From Octopus sinensis (Eukaryota): a stretch of 64,000 nucleotides of DNA. Positions 13,570 through 25,098 of the stretch are shown piece after piece (the first letter of the stretch is position 1; each line of letters starts with the position of its first letter). The stretch is from positions 10,106,001-10,170,000 of the forward strand of contig NC_043020.1 in the NCBI RefSeq assembly GCF_006345805.1, read 5' to 3'. The position numbers were made by a program, and so were the translations under genes. The notes beneath the pieces are model-generated. The model did no database searches. It was not told the DNA's origin and was given only the letters and a program-made list of their open reading frames with translations.

Positions 13570-14067
13570 GAATGCCCTTGTTTGAGTTTGAAAACACTGA
13601 AAATGGGAGCATACCCTTTCGGCTTGTTATCGTTTCTGAAGATCTGTTCCCAACTAACAGTGCTAGCTAACTCAAAAATGCAAGAGAAAAATTTCTGTTC
13701 TCCCCTTTCCACCAGCGTGGGCTAAAATCAGCAAACACTATTTTTTTTCGGTAAAATCCAAGACAAATAAGTAGAGAGAGATGAATTATAATTTCAACAA
13801 TTGAGGGTAAAATTAATTAATTAATTAATCAATTTCACCAAGTATTCAGTATGCAAAGGGACCATTTAAGGCAAATTCAAATTATTACATTATATAAAAG
13901 GGCTTAGTAAAATAAATTACTTTGCCGCATACTGAACTCGTTAGAAATAGCAGCTAAAAGAACTATTTCTAACACTTAAAGAAAACCTCTCTCATATAGT
14001 GCTTGCTCAATTCAACCCAAGAAAGTATGAGGGTAGAGACATTAAAAAATCAAATGCAAAGGTTATT

Positions 14068-14120
14068 TGAGTACGTACGTTTCAAGATTAGCCAAATTCG
14101 ACCCTTCTCTCATCAGCTCA
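14068..14120 (-). ncRNA. Type I hammerhead ribozyme, family 1, copy 2
   Basis: Same motif, 551 bp from copy 1. Confidence 0.8.
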
Positions 14121-14618
14121 GAATGCCCTTGTTTGAGTTTGAAAACACTGAAAATGGGAGCATACCCTTTCGGCTTGTTATCGTTTCTGAAGATCTGTTC
14201 CCAACTAACAGTGCTAGCTAACTCAAAAATGCAAGAGAAAAATTTCTGTTCTCCCCTTTCCACCAGCGTGGGCTAAAATCAGCAAACACTATCTTTTTTT
14301 CGGTAAAATCCAAGACAAATAAGTAGAGAGAGATGAATTATAATTTCAACAATTGAGGGTAAAATTAATTAATTAATTAATCAATTTCACCAAGTATTCA
14401 GTATGCAAAGGGACCATTTAAGGCAAATTCAAATTATTACATTATATAAAAGGGCTTAGTAAAATAAATTACTTTGCCGCATACTGAACTCGTTAGAAAT
14501 AGCAGCTAAAAGAACTATTCTAACACTTAAAGAAAACCTCTCTCATATAGTGCTTGCTCAATTCAACCCAAGAAAGTATGAGGGTAGAGACATTAAAAAA
14601 TCAAATGCAAAGGTTATT

Positions 14619-14671
14619 TGAGTACGTACGTTTCAAGATTAGCCAAATTCGACCCTTCTCTCATCAGCTCA
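14619..14671 (-). ncRNA. Type I hammerhead ribozyme, family 1, copy 3
   Basis: Same motif, 551 bp from copy 2. Confidence 0.8.
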
Positions 14672-15243
14672 GAATGCCCTTGTTTGAGTTTGAAAACACT
14701 GAAAATGGGAGCATACCCTTCGGCTTGTTATCGTTTCTGAAGATCTGTTCCCAACTAACAGTGCTAGCTAACTCAAAAATGCAAGAGAAAAATTTCTGTT
14801 CTCCCCTTTCCACCAGCGTGGGCTAAAATCAGCAAACACTATCTTTTTTTCCGTAAAATCCAAGACAAATAAGTAGAGAGAGATGAATTATAATTTCAAC
14901 AATTGAGGGTAAAATTAATTAATTAATTAATCAATTTCACCAAGTATTCAGTATGCAAAGGGACCATTTAAGGCAAATTCAAATTAATTAATTAATTAAT
15001 TTTACCCTCAATTGTTGAAATTATAATTCATCTCTCTCTACTTATTTGTCTTGGATTTTACCGAAAAAAAGATAGTGTTTGCTGATTTTAGCCCACGCTG
15101 GTGGAAAGGGGAGAACAGAAATTTTTCTCTTGCATTTTTGAGTTAGCTAGCACTGTTAGTTGGGAACAGATCTTCAGAAACGATAACAAGCCGAAAGGGT
15201 ATGCTCCCATTTTCAGTGTTTTCAAACTCAAACAAGGGCATTC

Positions 15244-15296
15244 TGAGCTGATGAGAGAAGGGTCGAATTTGGCTAATCTTGAAACGTACGTACTCA
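15244..15296 (+). ncRNA. Type I hammerhead ribozyme, family 1, inverted copy
   Basis: tgag ctgatga gaga agggtcgaatttggctaa tctt gaaac gtac gta ctca; predicted cut after GUA at 15292. Confidence 0.8.
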
Positions 15297-15468
15297 AATA
15301 ACCTTTGCATTTGATTTTTTAATGTCTCTACCCTCATACTTTCTTGGGTTGAATTGAGCAAGCACTATATGAGAGAGGTTTTCTTTAAGTGTTAGAAATA
15401 GTTCTTTTAGCTGCTATTTCTAACGAGTTCAGTATGCGGCAAAGTAATTTATTTTACTAAGCCCTTTT

Positions 15469-15507
<39 letters not shown>

Positions 15508-16090
15508 GTATATATACACACACACACACACACACACAATCTTTTTTCTTTTGTTTCTGTCGTTTGACTGCAGCCATGCTGGAGCACCACCTTTTTAGTC
15601 AAACAAGTCGACCCCAGGACTTATTCTTTGTAGGTCTGGTACTTATTCTATCGGTCTTTTTTTCTGAACCGCTAAGTTACGGGGATGTAAACATCCCAAC
15701 ATCGGTTGTCAAGTGATGCTGGTGGGGTGGGGGAACAAAAACACACATACACACACACACAAAAGCAAAAGGCATGTGTGTTTTTGTCTACCAGATCTAC
15801 TCTCTTGTTCTTTGGTTAGCCTGGTTGTAGCAGTAGACACTACTTGTCCAAGTGGAAACTGAACCTGAAATCATAGGATTGGAAAGCAAGCTTCCTAACC
15901 ACACAGCCAACAACAAATCAAAGCACTTAATTAATCCAATTAATTAGTGCAACTTTTAATGTGGCAAACTGGCAGAATCGTTCGAACAACGAGTAAAAGC
16001 TTGGAAGCTTGGCACCATTTTGTCTGTGTTTACCGTTTGAGTTCAAATTCCACTGAGGCTGACCTCGCCTTTTATTATTTCAGGGTCGAC

Positions 16091-16915
16091 GATATAAGTA
16101 CCAGTTGAATGCTGGGGGTTGATGTAATCGACATAGCCCCTCCCTTCGAAATTACTGACCTTTGACCTTGTGTTAAAATTGGAGACCAATATTTAGTATG
16201 GATTTCGTTACGTCGTTTCTACTTTAGTTCTGGTTAAGAAATAAAATAAAAAATAAAATGAAATAAAACAAGGAGATATAAGTACCAGTTGGACGCTGGG
16301 GGTTGATGTAATCGACGTAGCCCCTCCCTTCGAAATTACTGACCTTTGACCTTGTGTTAAAATTGGAGACCAATATTTAGTACGGATTCCGTTAAGTCGT
16401 TTCTACTTTAGTTCTGGTTAAGAAATAAAACAAGGAGATAGAAGTACCAGTTGAATGCTGGGGGTTGATGTAATTGACTTAGCCCCACCCTTCGAAATTA
16501 CTGACCTTTGACCTTGTGTTAAAATTGGAGACCAATATTTAGTACGGATTTCGTTAAGTCGTTTCTACTTTAGTTCTGGTTAAGAAATAAAACAAGGAGA
16601 TAGAAGTACCAGTTGAATGCTGGGGGTTGATGTAATTGACTTAGCCCCACCCTTCGAAATTACTGACCTTTGACCTTGTGTTAAAATTGGAGACCAATAT
16701 TTAGTACGGATTTCGTTAAGTCGTTTGTACTTTAGTTCTGGTTAAGAAATAAAACAAGGAGATAGAAGTACCAGTTGAATGCTGGGGGTTGATGTAATTG
16801 ACTTAGCCCCACCCTTCGAAATTACTGACCTTTGACCTTGTGTTAAAATTGGAGACCAATATTTAGTACGGATTTCGTTAAGTCGTTTGTACTTTAGTTC
16901 TGGTTAAGAAATAAA
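16091..16915 (+). repeat. 162-bp tandem repeat, 5 copies, derived from a SINE 3' part plus flank
   Basis: Units begin gata(t/g)aagtaccagttg at ~16091, 16275, 16437, 16599, 16761. Confidence 0.9.
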
Positions 16916-17049
16916 AAAACAAAAATAAAATGAAATAAAACGAGGATATTAAAAACAGTAACAAAAAACAAAAAAAATTTTAAATCTTCTGCCATTGATT
17001 TCGGCATTTTTTCTTTTCCCCATCAAAAATGTTATTTTTTTTCTTGCAG

Positions 17050-17094
17050 TCAAATACAGATGATAATTCAGTTGATAATACGTTAGATCAACCA
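17050..17094 (+). CDS. Candidate 45-nt cassette exon of NAPRT (SNTDDNSVDNTLDQP)
   Basis: Strong pyrimidine tract + ttgcag acceptor, gtaaga donor, frame-preserving phase 0-0, in non-repetitive sequence; no homology support. Confidence 0.4.
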
Positions 17095-19033
17095 GTAAGA
17101 AGAAAATTTCAAATCTACTCCTCCTCTTTTTCTCTTCTCTCCTTTTTTTTTTTCTTCTTCTTCTTTAGCCTAGTACATTTTATTATTATTATTACTATTA
17201 GTTGTTTTTTTTTAATCTGTTTGTCTATATTGTGTTTTTTAAAAAAAAATTCCTTCTTTGAGCTGGTTTTGGATTTTTTTCTTCTTTTCTAATTTTTAAT
17301 TTTTTTTTTTAAATTTCCGTCTTATTTTTTTAATGGGTCGGCTTCTAATTAACCTTCTACTAACTAACTCCACACAAATATCTTGTTTTTTTGTTGTTTT
17401 TTAAATATTTATCAGCAAATTTTAATCCTTATGTTGTTCTTTCTTTATTTTTGTTTTATTCATTATTATTATTATCATCGTCATTATTATTATTATTATT
17501 GGAGTGAGCTGGCAGAATCATTAGCACACAGGGCAGAATGCTTAGTGGCATTTTATCCATCTTTATGTTCTGGGTTCAAATTCTGCCGAGGTTGATTTTG
17601 CTTTTCATCCTTCCAGGGTCATTAAAATAAGTACCAACTGAACACTGAGGTCAATGTAATCGACTAACCCCCTCCCCTAAAATTTCAGGCCCTTTGCCAA
17701 TAGTAGAAAGAATTATTATTATTATTATTATTATTGTTATGAATTGGAGGAATTGTTTGAACTTTAGACAAAATTTCTTGCAGTACTTCATTCAAATCTT
17801 TACATTCTGAGTTCATACCTCACCAAGGTCAACAATGCCTTTCACATCTCCAGGGTCACTAGAATAAAGTACTATTATCATAATGAACCCGTGTTAGAAA
17901 TTGTCTCTTTTGTTATTGTGTAGTTGTTGGCAATGGTATCAGTCTTGTGACAACATAAGAGATTTCCGCCGAGGTAAACTTTGCCTTTCTTCCTTTCACA
18001 GTCGATAAATTAAGTACCAGTTGTGTACTGGGTTGATCCAATCGACTGGTCCCCTCCCCTAAAATTTTTGGGCCTTGTGTCTAGAGTAGAAAAGAATATA
18101 AGAAATAGATTTAAATATATATATATATATATATATATATTCCTTTGCTGAGGCAGTGTTTTCTTAGGCCGTTGTCAATTCTTCCAAATTAATCTCTCTA
18201 CAAGACCATAAAAGTGTTACGTTTTGCCTCTTTTTGTTTTCATGATTTTGTGCCATCACCATAATCGCAACTATCGTCACCACTACCACCTCCTTTTTTT
18301 ATATTGAGTTCATGCTTTTTTTTTTCTTTTATTATTTTGTATTTCTCTTTCAAATGCAATTTGCCCTTACGGATGGTAGTTTTTATTCTGTATCACAACA
18401 CGTTATATTACTTAATATTTTGACTGCTGTTTTCCTGTTTCAGTGATACATATTTCTCAACCTCTTTTGGTAACAAAAATATGTATTTTAATCCACAGGA
18501 CTTTGTTTTGAAATTAATTTGCTTTTGAATTCTCTCCAGTTTTCCTAACAATATCCTGTCTTGTGAAGAAAATCCGTTTCCATGGCACCTGTGACTTTAG
18601 CATTTTTCATGCAATGTTTGATTATTCTATTGATGTTTTTTAATTATTTTTTTTTATGCATTATGAATGAAGCAGTAGAAATTATAGAAAGCTCATGAGA
18701 AGAGTAATGATAATTGGTATCATTTTTCATATCCATGGGAAAATATATAGTGATCAAGCAAGTTTCATATATCACAGTAAGAAGTACTCAATCTAATGAA
18801 TATAGAGCTGATATATAAATAAATATATACTAATGTAGAATCCTGTCAGTTATCTATTGTTTCAAAGATACTGAAACTAGTTGAGTAGTTATTGTCAGAC
18901 ATCAACATCAACACCTACCACCTGTTCTTTTTAGGCACAGGTAGTAGAAATGAGCAAATGAATGACAATAGATACTGAGCCATTCTGAATACCTTTGAAA
19001 CTATTAGCAACATGGATTGACAAGATATAATTG

Positions 19034-19102
<69 letters not shown>

Positions 19103-19292
19103 TTTGGAGAGGCACTGAGCAGCTATACGTACACATACACACACGGCAGTAACTTCCACCTACCGAATTCAATCACAAAGCTCCAGTCGGCTCGAGGCTA
19201 TAGTGGAAGACACCTACCCAAAGAGCCACGCAGTGGGACTGAACCCGATACCATGTAGCTAGGAAGCAAGCTCCCTAACCACACAGCCATGC

Positions 19293-19338
<46 letters not shown>

Positions 19339-19426
19339 AGAGTTTATGAAAAAAACAAAAGATGAAGACAGGTGGTGTACAAAACAAACAGATGTATTAG
19401 TATAATGCTCAGGAATAGAAAAAAGT

Positions 19427-19462
19427 CTTTTACGTTTCGAGCCTATGCTCTTCTACAGAAAG
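19427..19462 (-). ncRNA. Minimal hammerhead-like motif, family 2 (dispersed copy)
   Basis: Minus strand: CTTT CTGTAGA A GAGC ATAG GCTC GAAAC GT A AAAG; differs from the 52.5 kb copies only at N7 and in loop II. Confidence 0.55.
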
Positions 19463-19820
19463 GGACACAGAAAAATCAAGGAGAGAAATATATATATAAT
19501 AGAAATAGAAGATACAAAAAGAAAATAGAAGCTACATTTAGAAATGTAAAGGGAAAGTAAGAAGAAAAATAAACGAAAATGCAAATTGGAAATCCAAAAA
19601 ATAAAGGCTTTTTATGAAGAATAACAATAGATATATACAATTAGATGAACTGAGGTAGGATTAAGAGGAATAAGTCATTATTCATAATAATGCCTTTTAT
19701 TACTTTTATTTCTACCTCAGTTCTTCTAATTGTATATATCTATTGTTATTCTTCATAAAAAGCCTTTACTTTTTTTGATTTCTAATGTGCATTTTCGCTT
19801 ATTTTTCTTCTAATTTTATC

Positions 19821-19862
<42 letters not shown>

Positions 19863-20978
19863 GTGGAGGTGCAATGGCCCAATGGTTAGGGCAGCGGACT
19901 CGCAGTCGGAGGATCGCGGTTTCGATTCTCAGACCGGGTGTTGTGCGGCAGGGGGTGGTGATCCCTGCTGTACTCTTTTGCCACAACTTTCTCTCACTCT
20001 CTTTCTTCTGTTGGTCTACTTGCTTAGCCAGCTGGTGGCGTCATTCGAAGGCTAAAACAATGCGAACGCATTGTGACCAGCGATGTGTAACAACATCTGA
20101 TGGTCTGGTCGGTCACGTGATATATACATATACACACATACAGGTATTTCTCACTATCTTCTCTTCATCACACTAGCTTTGTGAGATTTTTGTATATATA
20201 CTTTTTATTTCTATTAAACAAAAATAAGCAAACTTCTCTCCAAAGAAATTTAGTCTTGCCGTGAATTTAAGCCCATAAGGGCCTATCAGACAGCTTGAGG
20301 GTGAAGTTTATACTTACCGGTTTCATTATCATTTTCGAAATAAAGGGCAATAACTTAGGCTAACATATCAACATGTTTTAAACAAAGACACTGAATCTTT
20401 TGCTTCGCTGTGTTGATAATTATGTAGTAATTATAAAGATAATTATATAGTAATTAACTCTGATATTGAGCAGCTTGCTACTAATCAAAACAGTTTTGTA
20501 ATCTTAACAGGCAGCTTTGTTCATCTTGAATTATGTAATTTAAAAATTATGAAATTATGGAATTTCTGTTACTGTTTTACATCATGTTGACTAGGATAAT
20601 TGTCAGACCAAATATGTAAATCTGAAATTAGGAAATCTCTCAGAAGAAATATATTTACCTCAGTGAAATTTCTTATTTTTAATTATTTTTTTCGTTCACA
20701 TTAATTGTTTCCAATGTTATTTGAAATAAGATGAAAAAAAATTTTTTTTTTATTGTAGTGTTTACATTTTTTTTTTTTTTTTTTGTAGTTCTCTAAAACT
20801 TTAGAAATTTGAATAAATTCCATCTCTTTTCAAACACAATTATGGAATGCTTAATAGAAAAACAAAAAAGAAAAGAAAAAAAAACGAATGAATTGATATA
20901 TAACAACCCCAATATTTCTTTGTTTGTTTTTTGATGCAGAATTTTTCAAAGTTTGGATTTCTCTGTTTTTACTTGTAG

Positions 20979-21059
20979 CATCATCAGATCAACTGTTATG
21001 GAATTGGTACACACTTAGTGACATGCCAGAAACAGCCAGCACTTGGTTGTGTCTTTAAG
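20979..21059 (+). CDS. NAPRT: NAPRT coding exon ([27 protein letters not shown])
   Basis: ttgtag acceptor, gtaagt donor, 81 nt, phase 0-0; matches the conserved eukaryotic NAPRT motif [20 protein letters not shown]. Confidence 0.95.
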
Positions 21060-21154
21060 GTAAGTCACTTTGTCACTCTGCTTGCTTTGGTTTATAACTA
21101 CAAGTGTTTGTATGGTGTGTGCCTGTGTGTGTTCAGATGGAATGAGACTATTAA

Positions 21155-21792
21155 CCCTTTCATTACTGTATTTATTTTGAGATGCTCTGTGTTTCTTTCA
21201 ATTACTTTAAATATAACAAAGAATTTAGTAAAATAACTTAGTTATAGGCGCAGGAGTGGCTGTGTGGTAAGTAGCTTGCCTACCAACCACATGGTTCCGG
21301 GTTCAGTCCCACTGCATGGCATCTTGGGCAACTGTCTTCTACTGTAGCCTCGGGCCGACCAAAGCCTTGTGAGTGGATTTGGTAGACGGAAACTGAAAGA
21401 AGCCCGTCGTATATATGTATATATATATATATATATGTGTGCATGTATGTTTGTGCGTCTGTGTTTGTCACTCGCATTGCTTGACAACCGATGCTGGTGT
21501 GTTTATGTCTCTGTCACTTAGTGGTTCGGCAAAAGAGACCGATAGAGTAAGTACTGGGCTTACAAAGAATAAGTCCCGGGGTCGAGTTGCTCGACTAAGG
21601 GCGGTGCTCCAGCATGGCCGCAGTCAACTGACTGAAACAAGTAAAAGAGTAAAGAGAGAGTATCATTCAGCTAGTGTTAGGAACATAAATTGGGACTAAG
21701 GTTTGGTGGAAGATTTTAATTCAGAACTTATGAAAACAAGACATTTGTACTCAAAACTAGAGCCGGTTTCAGCCGGGTTGGTAATGAAAGGG
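21155..21792. mobile_element. piggyBac-like MITE interrupted by a SINE (21246-21660)
   Basis: TTAA-CCCTTT...AAAGGG-TTAA; reverse complement of the 2498-2703 family. Confidence 0.7.
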
Positions 21793-21949
21793 TTAAGCAA
21801 AGCTGTTTGAACAATAACGACTTTGTATGGCTGACTGGGCTGCCAACATGTTTTGGTGACAGTATTTTGTTGCACTGTCTCTGTCAGTCTATCTCTCTCT
21901 CTCTCTATCTCTCTCTCTCTCTATCTCTCTCTCTCTCTATCTCTCTCTC

Positions 21950-21981
<32 letters not shown>

Positions 21982-23417
21982 CAGTGCAACAAAATACATA
22001 GTTGGCATAGACGATCCCCTCTTCCTCCTACTCGCAACAAATAATGCGTTGTCACACATAAACAGAGAGGAGGAGGGAGAGAATGAGAAACACATTAAAC
22101 TGTTTGATGTCAGATAAGCCAGTAATGAGTCTGTGACACTAAATATAGGATGCCAAAATGGCTGTGCCATCCAATTACAGTACATGTACCCTTTACACTT
22201 TACTCTTTTAATTGTTTCAGTCATTTGACTGTTGCCATGCTGGAGCACCGCCTTTAGTCGTACAAATCGATCCCAGGACTTATTCTATGTAAGCCTAGTA
22301 CTTATTCTATTGGTCCCTTTTGCTGAACCACTAAGTTACGGGGACGTAAACACACCAGCATCGGTTGTCACGCGATGTTGGGGCGACAGACACACAAACA
22401 TAAACATACACATACATATGTACGACGGGCTTCTTTCAGTTTCCGTCTACCAAATCCACTCACAAGGCATTGGTCGGCCCGGGGCTATAGCAGAAGATAC
22501 TTGCCCAAGGTGCCGTGCTGTGAGACTGAACCCAGAAGGTAGCGGTTTGGCAAAAGAGACCAATAGAATAAGTACTAGGCTTACAAAGAATAAGTCCTGG
22601 GGTCAATTTGCTCAACTGAAGGCGGTGCACCAGCATGGCCACAATCACATAACTGAAACAAGTAAAAGAGTAACAGAGAGTAAAGAGTATTGAAAGATTT
22701 CTTCAATGTCTTTTGTGTCACTGAGGCCATGTGTGTCCGGCGTGAAGCAGGTTTCATGCGCCTGATACTTTGGTGAAGAAGTCAAAGGAAGACTAAGTGC
22801 TTTCATTATTTTGTGTTGGCAGAATAGTTAGCATGTTGGGCCAAATGCTTAGCGGTATTTCATCTGTCCTTATGAGCTGAATTCAAATTCCACCGAGGTC
22901 GACTTTACTTTTAAGGTGGCGAACTGGCAGAAACGTTAGCATGCCAGGCGAAATGCATAGCCGTATTTTGTCTGCCGTTACGTTCTGAGTTCAAATTCTG
23001 CCGAGGTCGACTTTGCCTTTCATCCTTTCGGGGTTGATAAATTAAGTGCCAGTTACGCACTGGGGTCGATATAATCGACTTAATCCATTTGTCTGTCCTT
23101 GTTTGTCCCCTCTGTGTTTAGCCCCTTGTGGGCAGTAAAGAAATAGCTATTTCGTCTGTCTTTGCTTTCTGAGTTCAAATTCTGCCGAGATCGACTTCGC
23201 CTTTCATCCTTTCAGGGTCAATGAAATAAGTACCAGTTAAGTACTGGGGTCAATGTAATCAACTATCCCCCTCCCCTAAATTTTAGCCCTTGTGCCTACC
23301 ATAGAAAGGACTATTCTTAGGAAGACCAAGTATGATCCTTTAAAAATACATGGTAGTTTGTAACATTGTATTTGAATTGGGGTTTTTTGTAAAAATATTT
23401 TGTCTTTCCTTGTTTAG

Positions 23418-23520
23418 TTGGTACAAATTAATGATATTCCTCGGATAAAACTGAGCGAAGAACCTGATAAAATTGGTATCCCTGGAAAGAAAACTGCCTA
23501 CAGACTATATGGTGCTGATG
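23418..23520 (+). CDS. NAPRT: NAPRT coding exon ([34 protein letters not shown])
   Basis: tttag acceptor, gttagt donor, 103 nt, phase 0-1; conserved PRIKLS..PGKK.AYRLYG motif, in frame with neighbouring exons. Confidence 0.95.
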
Positions 23521-24855
23521 GTTAGTAGCCTTGTTTTCTTTTATATGTGTGTGTTTGTTATTTATATTTTTGTGACGTATAATCATCATCATCATCATTT
23601 AACGTCCGTTTTCCATGCTAGCATGGGTTGGACGGTTCAACTGGGGTCTGGGGAGCCAGAAGGCTGCACCAGGCCAGTCAGATCTGGCAGTGTTTCTACA
23701 GCTGGATGCCCTTCCTAACGCCAACCACTCCTTGAGTGTAGTTGGTGCTTTTTACGTGCCACCTGCACAGGTGCCAGGAGGGTCTGCCTGTTTTAATTAA
23801 TCAAACCCATTAGAAATTAATCAAACTGCTCAAAATTAATTAATAAGCACCAACATTCCAATGTGCTCAGATCCTAAACGTATAACATTATTAAAGATTA
23901 ATAAATCAATCACTGATTCATACATCTTCCAATGGTAACACTAACAATGGAATCAAGACTACTGAAAAGGTTTGCAAGACGCAACGAAAATTTTAGGAAA
24001 ATGAAAGTGAGAAAAAAGTGGGAATTTTACTGGTGTGTATGTTACATTATAAGGCACAAAAGGAAAATGACTCTCCCCAGACACAACCGAATATGCTTCA
24101 ACACACAAAATCATATAAAAAATCTTGCAAACCAAGTCCAAAAACAAAACTAACAATGGAGTTTCTGTGTAATTCTGGTTCATAAAATAGCATTATAAAC
24201 TGACCATGATTATTGAGTTTATCGAAAGGTGTGTGTCTATCTGTATATAATCTATCCACACACACTTTGATTGAAGGCAATTCAGTCACAATTCCATCTC
24301 CATCATAATTTAATGTGAAACAAGTAAAAGAGTATGCAATACAGCAAAAAAGGTATTAGAAATAATGAAGTATTAGGCAGTGAGCTGGCAGAAACTTTAG
24401 TGCGCTGGGCAAAATGCTTATCGGTATTTCATCCGTCTTTACGTTCTGAGTTCAAATTCTGCTGAGATTGGCTTTGCCTTTCATCCTTTTGGGGTCAATA
24501 AATTAAGTACCAGTTACGCACTGCAGTCGATGTAATACACACACACACACACACATATATATATAAGACGGCGAGCTGGCAGAAACGTTAGCATGCCAGG
24601 CGAAATGCTTAGCCGTATTTCGTCTGTCGCTACGTTCTGAGTTCAAATTCCGCCGAGGTCGACTTTGCCTTTCATCCTTTCGGGGTCGATAAATTAAGTA
24701 CCAGTTATGCACTGGGGTCGATGTAATCGACTTAATCCCTTTGTCTGTCCTTGTTTGTCCCCTCTGTGTTTAGCCCCTTGTGGGCAATAAAGAAATATAT
24801 AAGTCACTGATGTACCATGGCTGTTGCTTAAAACTGATGTTTCGCTATTCCGCAG

Positions 24856-24941
24856 ACATTGCTCTCATTGATGTTCTCATACGTGACACAGAGCAGCCTC
24901 CCCTGGCAGGTGAGCGTGTCTTCTGTCGACATCCATTTCAG
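24856..24941 (+). CDS. NAPRT: NAPRT coding exon (DIALIDVLIRDTEQPPLAGERVFCRHPFQ)
   Basis: cgcag acceptor, gtaagt donor, 86 nt, phase 1-0; ALID...CRHPF motif. Confidence 0.93.
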
Positions 24942-25098
24942 GTAAGTTCAAAACTTAATTGGTAATTCTTTGTTGTTGGAACTTGTTGATATAGGGCTGA
25001 GTGCTTCAAAGAATTTAGAGGTTGTGAGAGGGGGGGAAAAAAACTCTGTTGCTTCAATCTCTGATTCTCTGACTATAGCGATATATCAGACTGAAATA

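Larger units (their letters stand above)
13238..15475 (-). mobile_element. Hammerhead-bearing tandem/inverted non-coding element (retrozyme or non-autonomous Penelope-like)
   Basis: ~551-bp unit starting at ~13240, 13790, 14342 and 14892 (partial), then an inverted copy at 14983-15475; (TA)n on both sides; one hammerhead per full unit. Confidence 0.8.

Noticed and set aside
13449-14826. Small repeated ORFs (66-90 aa) in the 551-bp unit
   Set aside because: Frames change between copies by single indels and there is no recognisable domain; the unit is better explained as non-coding
18934-18939. Possible 6-nt microexon (tttttag GCACAG gtagt)
   Set aside because: Weak donor; such patterns arise by chance and cannot be supported without RNA data
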